Both the position numbers and the translations under genes were made by a program. Positions 26,102 to 39,500 of a stretch of 64,000 bases of DNA are shown here, piece by piece (position 1 is the first letter of the stretch; every line of letters begins with the position of its first letter). The stretch is from Cercozoa sp. M6MM (taxonomy: Eukaryota; Protista; Endomyxa: Ascetosporea), in assembly GCA_040357565.1 (NCBI GenBank), contig JBDODJ010000017.1. One strand, given 5' to 3'. The notes beneath the pieces were generated by a model. The model made no database searches, had not been told where the DNA came from, and worked only from the letters and a program-made list of their open reading frames with translations.

Positions 26102-27086
26102 TTAGTGGTGACGACGACTGCGACGGCGACGGCGACGGTCACGACGGCCGCGACGGTGCGAGTCGTCGTACTCGGAGTAGTCTGGCTCGTCGTACGACGG
26201 CTCCTGCACAAAGACAACAACGGTACCGTGACAGTAATGTAAACAACCACACATGTCCTGAACTGAGAGCACCTCGTAACTCGGCTCATCGTAACTAGGC
26301 TCCTTGTAACTGGGCTCCTTGTAACTGGGCTCCTCGTAACGGGGCTCCTTGTAGCTAGGCTCCTCGTAACGGGGCTCCTCGTAACGGGGCTCGTCGTATC
26401 CGCTGCCTGTAGCAACATGAAAGTGCACGATGAATGAGTTAACGTTTACATTGGCGGTGAACACGAATCAAGAGGGACAAAGTTCAACTCACCGTGACGG
26501 CGGCGTCGACGATCGCGTCGGCCGTGGCCTCGACGAGAGCGGTAGTCTACCACACAGTAATGACGTTCACAGGTGTATAGCAAAAGCTACTTCAGGTGAT
26601 GTTTGAAAAGCGCAAGGCACCGTCGTAGTAGTCGTCACTCAGCAGACCCGCAGCATCATCCGAGTCGAGATCGAGACCGACTGTCGTGGTCTCTCCGTTC
26701 TGGCAGTCGCCCTCACTGTGCAGAAAAGAGATGCACAGTTTCAGTACAGAACAGCACTGTATGTGAAGTGAAAGGCAGGCTTACTTGACAAGCACCATGG
26801 CTTCCTCGCCGTACATACAGCGCAGGAACTCCAGCGTGCACGTGTTGCGCACCTACTCTCAGTCATGTAACTACATTCCACCGACAACCTCACAGGAACC
26901 GTGAGAATACCGTCATGACCACGTCAGTGCCGACGTGCTCGACACACAGATGATGCTCCACATCCGGGCACACCACTGCAATAATCGCATCGAAAGAATC
27001 AACACACTTAAACAGCTGAACGCACTGTCGGAGCAGTCGTTCTGGGCAACAACTCCAGCAATCAGCAGCGAGGCCAGGAAAAACAT
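26102..27086 (-). CDS. Secreted Kazal-like protein with Y(D/E/K)EP(S/R) repeats and Arg-rich blocks
   Basis: Signal peptide MFFLASLLIAGVVA; spliced C-LMV-CPDVEHHLC...TVRNTCTLEFLRC...NEGDC; 15-bp tandem repeats at about 26275-26400. Confidence 0.7.
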
Positions 27087-27741
27087 GACGCAGTCTGTTC
27101 CGTTCACTCAGTTGGAATCGAAAGGAAAGGCTCAGGCACAAGTCACAAGAGACGAGTGTTGCAAGTAATGAGGCGAGGTTAACTCAAAGCAGAGAAAACA
27201 CAAAACAGTGAGTTGTGAGAGTGCGAGGTTTGCAACCAAGTTTGCTCGTGCACGCCTGTTCACTGTCAACGAACAACCCTGGCCATGTTGACTTGATCGG
27301 ATCAGACACCGAGTCATGTCAGTGCCACTAAAGTTTAAATCTAACCAACGTTGCACTGAGAGAACTGAGCTAGCAACATCACTCCATTGCCACTGGTAAA
27401 GCCAGCGAACTGAAAAACGACCGATTCAGGCCCCAGGGTTAGCCTGTAGCTCCGACACGCCAAGATTGGTTTTACTCGGACTGACACTCCCAGTTGAGCT
27501 GAGTGATTTTCAGTATAAAGTAAACTTAGCAAGTACTAGTGTATAGTTCTACTTACCTTAATCAAGCAGAACGACAGATACGCTAAAGGCCCCGCAATAC
27601 GCACGTGCACACATGCACTTTCGGACCAAGGTGCGCAGTTTAGAAATTCACTGCTCCTGCGGTTTCTCATCGATACACCAGCAAGTGAAATTAACACCTA
27701 TACGTCGTTTACGTTGGTTCTGCATTTCTGCACGGCGTACG

Positions 27742-27828
27742 ATGGCAATGTACACGGGTGGTGAGCCGCGGTATACGACTTCTTCGGGTACAGTGCTTCC
27801 ATTTTGCTTGCATCAGTAAAAGTACTGC

Positions 27829-27880
<52 letters not shown>

Positions 27881-28538
27881 CTGCCTCCTACTCACATATG
27901 TATGGAGACGTTGCAACTACACGAACGGTCGCGCCAGTAGGACACGTAACCCACTAATTAGTTCTCACTGCCAGCTCACCTTCAGAGTGCTTACTGTACC
28001 AAATAACGCTTCTGACAGGAGATGGCTCAGCTCGGGGACATACACGTCAGATGCCGATCCGTTGGATCCGTCGAGTGCCGAGACGAATGCCAGCAGTGTA
28101 TCGAGCAGTGTGGCGGCTACCCTGAACTCGACAAGTTTGAATGCACTCATGTACCGAATAGCATTTGTGCGTACTGATCCAGAAGCTGTATATTCTTGCC
28201 TTAGTACGGGCCAGGAATGACAAAGGAAGTAGAGTGCGTCTGTCGAGGTCAGGGTGGTACGTTCGGGAAAATGGGACTCATACTCGCGCTGATCGGCGGC
28301 ATCTTGGTTCTTTTCGCCGTGGCAGGTACCGAAGAACGTAAAGAAAGTGGGCAGTACTGTACTGTGCATTTGAATATCCCTGCATCATTGTGCAGTCGTA
28401 GTTGTTGTCGTCGCTTTCAAGTCAAGCAGGAATCGCGGAGGCGGTTTGCAATCTATGACTAGACCAAAGCAGCCGACAGTGAGGGTATCCGACTACGATG
28501 TCGGTGCTTCTGTCACCGTCACAACTGTTTCAACCTGA
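27742..28538 (+). CDS. Single-pass membrane protein with 8-Cys ectodomain (paralog A)
   Basis: In-frame splicing gives MAMYTGG...CRSVGSVECRDECQQCIEQCGGYPELDKFECTH|YGPGMTKEVECVC, then TM LILALIGGILVLFAVAVVVVVVAF and KSSRNR. Confidence 0.7.
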
Positions 28539-28911
28539 CTCAAGTTGGAACACGTGCTTTCTTGCTTAGAATTAACGCAAAGTTCAAGCAGTACAGGAGT
28601 ATGATGTTGCTTCAAATGAGAGAGACAAGTTTTGCATATGTACTGTAGTTTGCGTAGATACCATCCGTTAAATTAAAATACAGTTCCTCCAGAAGTTAAT
28701 TTATTTATGTGCCGGACTTCATTTCATTTTATGTTCCAAAGTGGGATACTTCACTGCCCTGTACATTATTTTAACTTTGATGGTTTTTGCTAATTTAGGA
28801 TGCAGTCGGCACAAACTTTGGTCAGCTTGAGCCGGCTTCGGACATACTGTAGTATAGTGGCATCTTTTCTTGCTCGAGGTTAGTGGATGCCCACGAGGAG
28901 GAAGTGACGAC

Positions 28912-29971
28912 ATGCCACCTTACTACTCGTCAAAGAAGCATCCCGAAACCGGTGTCTATGAGCGTGTGGAACCGGTGGAACCAAGTCAAGCGACTGTTGG
29001 CAAAGAAGGCTTGTCACACCGTGATCAATGCCGAGTATTTGACGACCCACTGTGCCACAAAGAGTGCCAACGATGTTTGGTAGTACAAGTCATCGTAACG
29101 TATCTGTTGCGAGGGAAACTATAAGGATATGTACCTGCAGTCACACTGTGGTTCCGTCACGCACTTAAGACACTTTTACTGCAAGAGCGACGGTGTCGGT
29201 GCCGGCGAAAAGAAGTCAGTCAAGTCGAACAAATCAACTCTCGAAGGCAGCGACGAAAGACACGAATACGCCTGTCACTGTGCCGACGAAGGTGGACACG
29301 TAACTATGCTTCACTTAACATGTACGGTCCTCCCTTTGAAATTTAAACTTGGGTTGTTTAAATGCAGCCGTTTTTGCGAGAACACGGACTTGCGATTGGC
29401 ATCTGCGCACTCGTGCTGCTGGTGATTCTGATTGCTCTGATCTACGTGTTGTTCTCCAAGAAGCGGAAGCATCGCTTCCGTGGCGGTGGTCATCGAAGAA
29501 GCAAGAGCGTCGGTGATGCTTCTGATGTTGCAAGTGAAGACATGTCACAGATCAGTTCGATGAAGGGCGGAGGCGTGAACGTCACTGCCACTGATGCCGT
29601 CGATATCCGTGTCGTTCCTCACTCGGTCGACTCGCACGACGGCACCGACGTTACTCTGCACCCTCGCAAACAAGTCCAGTTCAACACGTACAGTTTCGTT
29701 CTCGACTGTTTGCACAAATTTTTTCACTCACGACAAACCCAGGATTCCGCACATGCTGGCCGACTATCTGGACGACCACGATTGCAAGTATTTCGACATT
29801 GGCTCTCTCAGCGAGTTGAGCGTGGATCCGGACAGTAAAGCTGTCCAAGAAGACATAGACACTGCCACCGCTCCGGTCAACGCTGTGACTGATGTCAACG
29901 ACATGAACGCCGAGCTGATGCGAGAGTTACCGGATCTTGACATTGACGCTATTCTTCACGAAACAAGTTGA
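28912..29971 (+). CDS. Single-pass membrane protein with 8-Cys ectodomain (paralog B)
   Basis: CRVFDDPLCHKECQRCL|SHCGSVTHLRHFYC...EYACHC, then TM LAIGICALVLLVILIALIYVLF, KKRKHR and an acidic cytosolic tail. 5' end uncertain. Confidence 0.7.
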
Positions 29972-30373
29972 ATTAACTGTGTAACCGACACATAGATAGC
30001 ATTACGCATGTGTAATGTGCTGTCACAATCAGTTAAGAAACATAAAAGCTCTAATCGGCAAGAACGAAAATTGGGCCGTTTGATGGCGTAGCCACTGTGT
30101 TTAATGATTTCTGTAGTTGTGCTTACTTCAGCATATGCTAGTTCTATGTCTGTGCTACTACTTTGGATCTTTTATTAAGGAGGCTAGAGACATCAGACGA
30201 TTATTTCCGCTTCTGGGGGGTAGATGACTTGTGATCGACAAGAGAGTTTCGCCCGCTGTTTGACTCGTAGTTTTCGCTTTTCTCGGTCGTTTGAAGTGCG
30301 CTACTAGACAGAGTCAAGTATCTTTGGTGGTGTCGATAATAGGTGGAGTGCTTCGCAAGCGCTGGAGCTGTCA

Positions 30374-31495
30374 ATGTCGCTTTGCGCGAATTGTGAGTCT
30401 GCTCAAAGCGTTGTTGAGTGTCGCACCTGCAACAAGAAATACTGCCAAGAATGCGACACTGGACTGCATCGTTCCGCCAAAAAACGAGGCCACACGAGAG
30501 TCAGTTTGGCAAAGAAACCCGCTCCAACTGAATCGGCGCTGAAAAGCGACGTCGTGCAGTGCGCTAACTGCGCGGCTGCACCAGCCGAAGTCGAGTGCCG
30601 TTCGTGTACAAAAAAGCTCTGTCGCAGTTGTAGCGATGGTTTGCACCGATCAAAGCGAATGCGAGGACATGTTATAGTGGAGTTGGGCTCTTCGAGTTCT
30701 GTCGCTAAACCGCGTTCTCCAGCTTCACCGTCCGCATCCATTAGGTCGCAAGACGACAGGTCGCTTCGGCCACCTTCCCCAAGTGCTTCGCGAAGTGCTT
30801 CAACGCGTCAACCAGCGCATCAGTCAGCACACGCTCGAACAACCACACGACAAGTCGCAGACGCAGATGTGATCAATCTGCTTCGCGAAATCAACAGTAA
30901 CGTCAACCGCTTACGCGACGACACGCAGGTTTCGCAGTCACTCGGTGCACAGCTGCAGCATTTGGAGGCGCAGGAAATGTCGTACGGCCCGTCGTTGATC
31001 AAAGCTCCACCATCGGTGCTCACTCACTCGTTTGAGCGAGGCTTCTTTGAGATATCACTTCGAATGGACGCCTTACAAAAATGGCAGCAAAGGACTCTGG
31101 AGGTACAACTGTAGTTTTCGACTCAGCTGACAACATAGCTTTTTGCTTAGCACGTTTCTCGAATTGAGGACAAACTAGACGGAGTGGAACCTGTAACACC
31201 GAGATACAGAAGAAGGCATGAACGATCAGGTGAGCGGTGTTTATCAGTACAACTGCTCGAAAATATTGCTACTTTGACAGAGCCTTCGCATATACCTTGG
31301 AGGCCAGGCTTCGCGGGCAAAACCGACAGGTTCGAACGATTGGGAGAGCGCGATACGCGATATGTCGCGCGGAAGCGAAATGATGCACTGCGTTGCGACT
31401 GTTGCGGCAAAGTGCGTCGTCCTCGCTCGGCACATCATCCAAGTCGTTCCAGACACAGGAATAGGCGAACTAGATACTACGCTGATGATTACTGA
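30374..31495 (+). CDS. Double B-box zinc finger protein with coiled coil
   Basis: Two copies of CANC-x8-CxxC-x4-CxxC-x3-LH...GH, followed by a Ser/Pro linker. Confidence 0.85.
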
Positions 31496-31602
31496 GTTCA
31501 TTCAGCTCTTACTGACACTGTGCATGTACAATCAGTACAAATCATACTGTACTAGGCGAAAAGACGTCTACTACTATGTCGTACATACTAGCACGGGTTG
31601 TA

Positions 31603-33036
31603 TTAAATCAAAGGAACGGCGGCGTTGCGGAGCGTCAGTGACACGGGCGACAGGAGTGGTTCCTTGTTCTGCACTGACTCATCTGTCTTAGTTGAGGACT
31701 GCGCGTTGTTTGGGACTGACTGGCGTGACGGTATCGACGACTGTTGAACGGCAGGAGAACACGCTGCTTGCTGGACACTCTCTGACGTCTCAGCGCGAGT
31801 GGCATTTAATGCTTGCGTTTGCCGCTCAAGCTTGCCCATGATGACCTTCCGAAGCATCGAGCTTGAGGCATCTTCGCTCAGGTACTGCTGCAGGTCGTTC
31901 AGTGAAGACTGAGTGATTGCCATGGCTCTGCAAGCGACCTCACTGGCACTCACTGTTTCACACGGCCAACTCATCACAGGTACTGACATACGAGTTATAT
32001 GGAAGTGCAATGTACCGGCTCGGATCAGCAGAGGTCTCGCTTTCGCCAGGTTGTCGCCAAAGAAGGCACTCATGAAGGGTTCGCTAAAGTGTGCAGGCAG
32101 ATGCTTGGGAGCGGACAGTAAGGAAAGATGTTGAGCCGCCGTAAGTTGCTGCTGCTGTCGCACTCCAATGCCCTGCGCGACGGCCAGACGTGGCACGGCG
32201 AGAGAAGCACTTGAGCTACAAACACTTGCATTTATTGTTTGTGGCACGGATACTACAGTTGTATCATAAACTGTAGGCAAGCAACCTCGGCGAACTGTGT
32301 GTTCGACGACGCTTGACTTGAGGTTCCTCGTCAACCTGTGTGCTTTCGGCACTTCGCGGACTCGCGGTGCTCGCAGCGCCTCTCTTGCTGCTCACTACTT
32401 GTTCAATATCTGCTTCGTTGCCCCTTGCGCGCTGGCAGCGAGCGCACCGGCACTTTCCTTCGCACGCAATGCAAGTCCACAGGACGGGCTTTCTCTCCTT
32501 CTGCGCAGTGCGAGCAGCAGCGAACTTGCGCTGCGCCATTGTCACACCGTAGTACTGCCGCAGACAGCTGAGGCAGTACTTCTTTCGGCAACGTCGCTTG
32601 CCTCCAGTCTCGTGGTGGTTCAGACGATTGCAGAAAAGCAGTTCGTGCTCGTCGCGATGCAATTTGCACTGATGGCAGCTGGAACCCCGCTGTTTTAACG
32701 AAGGCATAACTGCTCACTAGTATTGTTAGTACCGTACTGATGGGAGGGATACCTTCTTCTCCGAGTCTAGGGTTTCTACATCAGCCAGTCGAGCCAGTAT
32801 GGGCGGGAGTCCGTGTCTGCCTATCGAAGAGGCCGGTAGACGAGGTAGCGCTTGTCGCGAGAGCAGATCCAATGCTACAGCACATATATCCATAGAGTCG
32901 AGACACAGATAAAATGCAGAGGCACAGTAGTACCCCTGAGTGCACACAGTTCTTTGTCTTCCGGCTCGTCAGTTGCTTTTGAGTCCGGTGTCTGGACTCT
33001 CGCTTTGACTGAGGCAGACTCGGAAGGAGAGCTCAT
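31603..33036 (-). CDS. zf-4CXXC_R1 zinc-finger protein (not canonical CDCA7)
   Basis: RGSSCHQCK...C...CRKKYCLSCLRQYYG...WTCIACEGKCRCARC. Confidence 0.85.
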
Positions 33037-33577
33037 ACTGTAGTGCCTGTTTTGCAAGCGCTTACTCTTCGAACACGACTGGAGTTTCTGAGAGATCCCA
33101 ACTGAGGCTTGTGCCGAAGTACTGTTTTTCGGTGATAGAGAAGTCGGACTCCTAACTTGTCCGACTGTCTTTCCCTCTCGAAGAGCAAATACACCTCTCA
33201 AGACTCTACAACGAAAGCACGGGATCTTAAGCACAAGCTTACATTGCTGACAATTTCTGGTTGAAAATCATGCCCACCCGATTTCGCTCGGAGCTTTCTC
33301 GGAAATGTAAAAATCGATAAAATGGATTTTCCGTACCACAGGGCGTCCAACGCTCTTTCAGAGTTATCGTAGAACAAACAGCCGACTCAGAAAGTGTTTT
33401 GTCGGAATTGCACACTGTACTGAAACTGCCGACACTCGCACGAGCTAATCGAAAAGTCCGAAAGTTTCGCCAGGGTAAAATACGAAAAACGCATTTTCCT
33501 CCAGGGTCGATCAAACAACCAAAAACACAGTGCTCACAGTTACTTTTACTGTAGGTCATGTCTGGGCAAAAGAGCCA

Positions 33578-36500
33578 ATGTCTAGTAGCTCAGATGCTCC
33601 AAGTGTCAGTTCTTCACTCTTTAGAGCCGTAGGGAGGGTTGAAAAGAGAGCACTCGCTGAGCAAAAAGCAATCCAGTTGAAATTGCAAGGCGCGCAGTTA
33701 GAGCAAGCGCGGGCACAAGGACAAACTGACGAAGAAACCCGACTGCGCCTAATTTTGGCAGAAAAGAACCGAAAGTATGTCGAACTACTGGCGCGAAAAC
33801 AGCAGGCGCGCAGGAAGATTGGAGCGGATGTTGACCCACGCAATCTGCGAGAGCTGCGCAAAAGAAAAGCCGAAAAGTTGGTACACCGGATGATGTATCG
33901 CTCAATGTTAAGTTCCTCATGTATGAAATGCACATCTCTGTGCTTTGTATTTGTAGCGTCAGCTTGTCGAGAAACGAGAAGCGCTCGAAAGCCATCAGGA
34001 GCAGTTGTCGGCCGAACTTGTGGGGTTGGAGCACAAGTTCGAAAAGCAGCGACTGCAACAACTCGAAGGTTCAAGTTCCCAACAGGAACAACACACAAAA
34101 ATACCTGGCGGAATTGGAGAAACGTCGGAATTCCGCCTGGCTCAAAAGATGGCTGCTTCGAATTACAAGCTGAAAAAAGGTAAAGTTGATTGCATCTCCC
34201 TGGACATAAATTTATCTGCAATACTTCCGGCTCTTTGACACGAACGCATCCACAGAGCAAGACAAACTTCTACGAGAACAGCGCGCGATTGAAAGAAGAA
34301 TGCACGGCCTGGATAAAAGCGGGTACGCTTTCCTCGAGTACGAGCGAGCACAAAGAGAGGAAAAAGCAAGACCTTCGCAAGACGACGATTTGAAAGCGGA
34401 ATCGGTCAGCACCAGCACGAGCGCGTTCGAGGGACTGTACCAGTTTCCGAACGAGAACGAAGGAGTCACGACTGACGTTCAGATCCAGGTGAATATCGTG
34501 CCTTGCACTGTCGTGTTGTGAACAATAAAATTACCTGGATAACAGAACTTTGAGCGGCTGATCACTACTCGAGCCGAGCAGGAGAGAGAGGAACTGTCCC
34601 GTTTCGATGCCATGTTCGCAGAGGGCTACTTTGATCAGAACCCTATAGAAACTCCGGTCGTTCCGCCCGTTCTTGACACTATGGCAACACGGCAGAAATC
34701 TGACGAAGCCCGGTCGAAACTCGCGTCGGAGCGACTTCGACAGTCATTTAAGAAAGTGAAAAATGCGACAGCTTTCGTGAATAAGCTGTCACAACGGAAA
34801 CAGCCACCGGCTGAAACAAAGCGTCGCTCGCCGTCTGCGAGTTCTTCGACCTCCGAATCGCCGTTTTCGACATCGATCTCGACTCCACATAGCTCGAAAC
34901 TGAAGAAGGGACGTCGCACCGCTGGAAGAAGCAAAACTGAACGGAATGAGCTGAAACGTGAACGAGCTCGCCTCGAACGCGAACAGCAGCGCCTGCTGGA
35001 AGAACAAAAACAACAGATCGAACAACGCATGAGAGACCTGGAAAAGGCTCATGAGAACGCAAGACTGGAGGATCGCATGCGCGAGCAAAGCAAGCAAAAA
35101 TACGAGCAACTCGAGCGAATTGAACGATTGGAGAAAAGGCTGCGATCTCGCACTCCGAAACGCACGTCAGAGCAGCCATTGGTGCCACCGTGGCCAATGC
35201 AACCCCCCTCGCCGCCTCCCAACAAAGACGATGCCGCGAGCGAAAAGGTCGCAAACATGCTGAGTCAACTAAACTCGCGACTGTCAAGTTTGCTTCCGAT
35301 CCTGGCGCAAGAGGTGGCGATGCCACAGCTACCTGTGCCGCCAAGTGCGAATGCCCTCGTAGGACCACCGCAAGTCTCGCAAGCTCAGCAATATCTTGCT
35401 CGAGCAGTTCTACCTGACACGAAACAGCGCTACGACTCGGACCCGGACATACAAGCGCTGACGCGAGAGCTTGCAAAACTCGATTTGCAACACAAACTGG
35501 AGCAAAAGCGACTCGAACTTCAGCGAAAAAAGTCGAGACTCGTCTCTGTCGAAGAACGCACCTCAAGGCGTCTCGTGTCGGTAACAATTTTGCTATGCCG
35601 AATAGTTCTATTCGTCGTTGTGGTTTGTTTCCCGACAGAGTACTGAGGAGTCGGCTCTGTGGCGAAAACCCTTCCGCGAGAAGGACGGTCTGGCTTTGAT
35701 GGTAAGAGCCTCATGTCTTGTGAATAAGAATACTCTGGAACATTCTCTGGTGTTTTTGTTTTCAGTTCGACTATGTGTCGCACCTGCCGAACGATGTGTT
35801 TGCGATTCGACTGGTTGCTCAAGTCTTCATCGGACAAAGGCCGGTTGGAGAGGCTTTCGCCACCCCGTTCATCCGTGTGGGCCAAGCGAGCAAGCAAACA
35901 AGTTTCGACTCAACGTACGTCGAGCATTCTTACACGGGCAGTGTACTCGTCAACGAACGCTTCTTTGCCTGCAACTTCGCTGCTTCGGTTGATGCCAACT
36001 GCATCGTGCGCTCAGTTTTTTATTTGACACCATCAACTGTAGATGTAACTCGTATTTATTGAAATGTGACGTGTAGGTGGAGGTTCAATCCACACTAGGA
36101 ACCGACGTTCAGGCCGTGGCTTGGACCTTCATGCCCTTGTTTTTTCAACAGTCCGCAAACAAAAATGCCGAGTTCGACCGGCAGCTTTCGGAAATGATTT
36201 TACAGAGCGAAGCTGAAGCTTCCCGTGCTGCCATGGTTTGCTTTCATCAAGCAACGTTAACATCTGTGACATCTTACGTTAAAGAATGTAGAATGAAGAA
36301 GGCGAACTGAATTCTCGGCTGTACTGTCGACACTTTGAGGACACTTTACGGCACGAATTGCAGCACCACCGAGTGCCGAAATTATCGGCATTGCGCCGTG
36401 GAATGTTCAGACTACCACTGCTGCGACTGCCGATGAAAGTCGATATCACAAAACGCGATTTGCGCCGATTGCCGTCTCTGTTCGCACAATCGTTTCTGTA

Positions 36501-39500
36501 CCTTCGGGTTGCACCTGCAGGTACCAAGATTTTAGACGATAAAGTTGATACATTTTCATAGCACGGATGCTACAGAATGGGCGGAAGAACATCCGACATC
36601 GAGCCCTTTCTGCGAGAATGAAAGCGAGGAGGTGTGCACCAGTTTGTACAGCGACGCGGAAGCGTCCAGACCGTTCGCGCAGACGCAGGAGTGGAACACG
36701 CTGATTTCGGACGAAATAAAACGCGTCTGTCACGAAGCGCTTGAACGAATTGACTTTGCCGATCACGAGAGCGAGTCCGAGAACTCCGTGGCCACTTCAA
36801 AGGTCGAATCGGAAGAATCTGGGCATAATGCCTCTGAAGAGAGACGGCGAAAGGAATTGCAAGAAGTGGCACACATTGCGCGCTCCTGTGGCTTGCTGTT
36901 TGAAAATGTGCATTTAAAGTCAGACTTTGGTTTCCTGACTTTGCGCTTTTCGTTGCTTCCGCTGTTTAGGTACCCAAGAATTCAATTTTCCATGTGAAAT
37001 ACTCTCCAATACTTCTGATAGTTTCGCTGCGTTCGAGAATCGATTCAGGACGCTTGGTGAGTTGCTTTCATTCAAACTGCAGGTGTCCGTGATATCCTTC
37101 TCATTAGTGATTGCTGATTCGCAGCCAATTGTTCGCCAAACGCATGGCAGGCAGCTGCTTTGTTGCTGCACCACATGCGTTCTTCACTTCCAAGACCGAC
37201 GCAGATAACTCCTGTCATCGAAGAAGACGAAGGCGATTTCGGCTCGGAGTTGGAACATGTTGAAACGCTGAGTTCGATGCCGCACAGTTCGCGACTGCTG
37301 TCGCAGGCAGGTTCTTCGCGCAGCTCTCGCACGAAAACTGCAACGCCACCTGTCTCAACTTCCTCTGCTGATCAATCTTCACGGCAAAGTGAAGGCACCG
37401 AAGGACAGCCAAGCAGACAGAGTGACGTACACGTGCCCGTTGACCGCGAAAGTGCTTTCCAGTGGCGCTCGCAGCTATCTCAGAGTAGGACTTACACAGA
37501 TCAGGTTATGTTGGTGCACTGTCTTTTTGTTGTGCAGTGGGAGCAGCGCAACGACCGATGCACTACGATCTGCAGGAGCGACGCATCTTTGATTCGTCGC
37601 AGCTGCAAGAGTTCTTGGTACTGGCTAAACGAAATTAATATGAACATGAAAAACACTTTTAATTTTTGAACAGAAAGAACTCGCGAAGAAATGCGAACGC
37701 GAGCCGAATTTGACTTCAGTTCTCACGAAAACTGTGCTTCTGGTCGAAGCCATGGAAACCAACGCCGACGAGTCTCAAGGTCAGTTGTCTTGAAGACTTG
37801 ATTGATATAGTTCATGCATGCTTCCTCTCCGTGTTCAGGATCTTCCAGTTCGCGTCTTCGCCGACGTTCCACTCTCGTGTCGCTTGGTGGAAGAAGTGTA
37901 CACTGCCTCAACTCAGCAGTGCTAAGAAATGATACAGTAAAAATTCTTCTTCATATGTCTCACAGCGAACAGTGTCGACCCATTGGACTGCGATTCCATT
38001 GTTTCGTTTCGAGCGGATCCAAGACGACCGTGAAGACAGCTGGATGGTCGACAGCTCGCGCCTCGACAGGACGAAACCAGAGGAAGCTCCCGTGATAATA
38101 TTGAACACAGGATCCTTCGATCTGCCGCTGTTTCGCGGATCCTTTTTTGGCAAGCTTCGGTCAGGAACCGAGCTCACCATCGGTAAATTGACCTGGACTC
38201 TTTTACAAAGTAAGTGTAAGGTGTATGCTGGGTTGAAAATTTAGAACTGAAGAGAAAGCGCGAATTCTTGCTCAAAATGGCATCGTGGTTGCGCTGCCTG
38301 CCGGAGCGACGTCAAAGCGCATTCCTTGAGTACGCACAGAGCAATTTCGCAGAGTTCCCAGTGTCCACACTGACAGGCCAAGCGAGCACACAGATGAAGC
38401 AAGCGGCGCGTGTGCACTGTCGCATCTTTGACGAGAACACGGTTCCGCCAGAGAAGCGCCCGCTGCTGCGAATGCCGTCGCTGTCGCAGACGAATCGACT
38501 CTCACTGCAGCGAGTGTCGACGCTTTCCTTTGGTTCTGTCGAAGGCATGGACAAGTATGATGCTGATCTGATCTGTGCTGTAGTTAAAGCAACACTCTGT
38601 AGTACTGTTGTGGGCTGGGTGCCCGGCATGGTTGAAAGAGACGAAGAGAAGCGATTCGAGCGAGGAGTGGATCAGTTTGGTACAGTTTCCTTGAGTCTGC
38701 CTGTGCTGACGCAGATACGAAGAGACTGCACAGACTTGTACATTGACGCGGTTCGTTTCTTGGGCGACGACATCGACGGTGTGCGTGTGCGTGTGTCACT
38801 CGAGGGCGACGGGACGCGAGTCTGCCGCGAAGCAATCGATATCGACGCGCGACCTTTCGCTCAGCGATCACGACGCGGTAGATATTGTTCCGACAACGCA
38901 TGCAGTCTAACTTCTAAACCGTTTCATGTCTGTCCAGCTCGTGAATGGCGCGGGAGCAGCAACGTGGTCACTCTGTTCGACACGCGAGTGGAGGTGCGCT
39001 CTCTGGTGGACAGTGAGACACCTGCTGCCACATGCTCGCTCTTGTTCGCGATCGATTGCATTTCGCGTGCGCACGGCGACACTGACCGAGTCTTCAAAGG
39101 CTGCATCGGTGTTGCCACTCTGCCGCTCTTTTGTGACCCACTCAGCGTCGATCTGAGTGCACCGAAGCATGCGGATGCTGCCGATATCATGTTGAACGAG
39201 GGTGCCTTTCAGTTGCCTCTGCATCGGTACTTTCCACCCGCACTATAGTTATCTTGCACACGTACATCCTGGATTCAGCTCGAATGGAGGACCCGCACTG
39301 CCGTGTGCATCGATCCTGGTGCGCTTGAGGCAAGCACCGCGATCGCGCGACCGACTGCGCACCTTGAGTAAGCGCGATGTGCCGTCGGAGCAATGGGCCG
39401 ACCTTGGTCTAGAGGACACTCGCGTGCAGCAGTACACACCGGGTAACACGCTTGATCACTAGTGTGTCTTGGTACCACAGTACTGGAAACATGCCCACAG

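Noticed and set aside
32264-32707. Naming the zinc-finger gene CDCA7
   Set aside because: The diagnostic Arg residues are absent.
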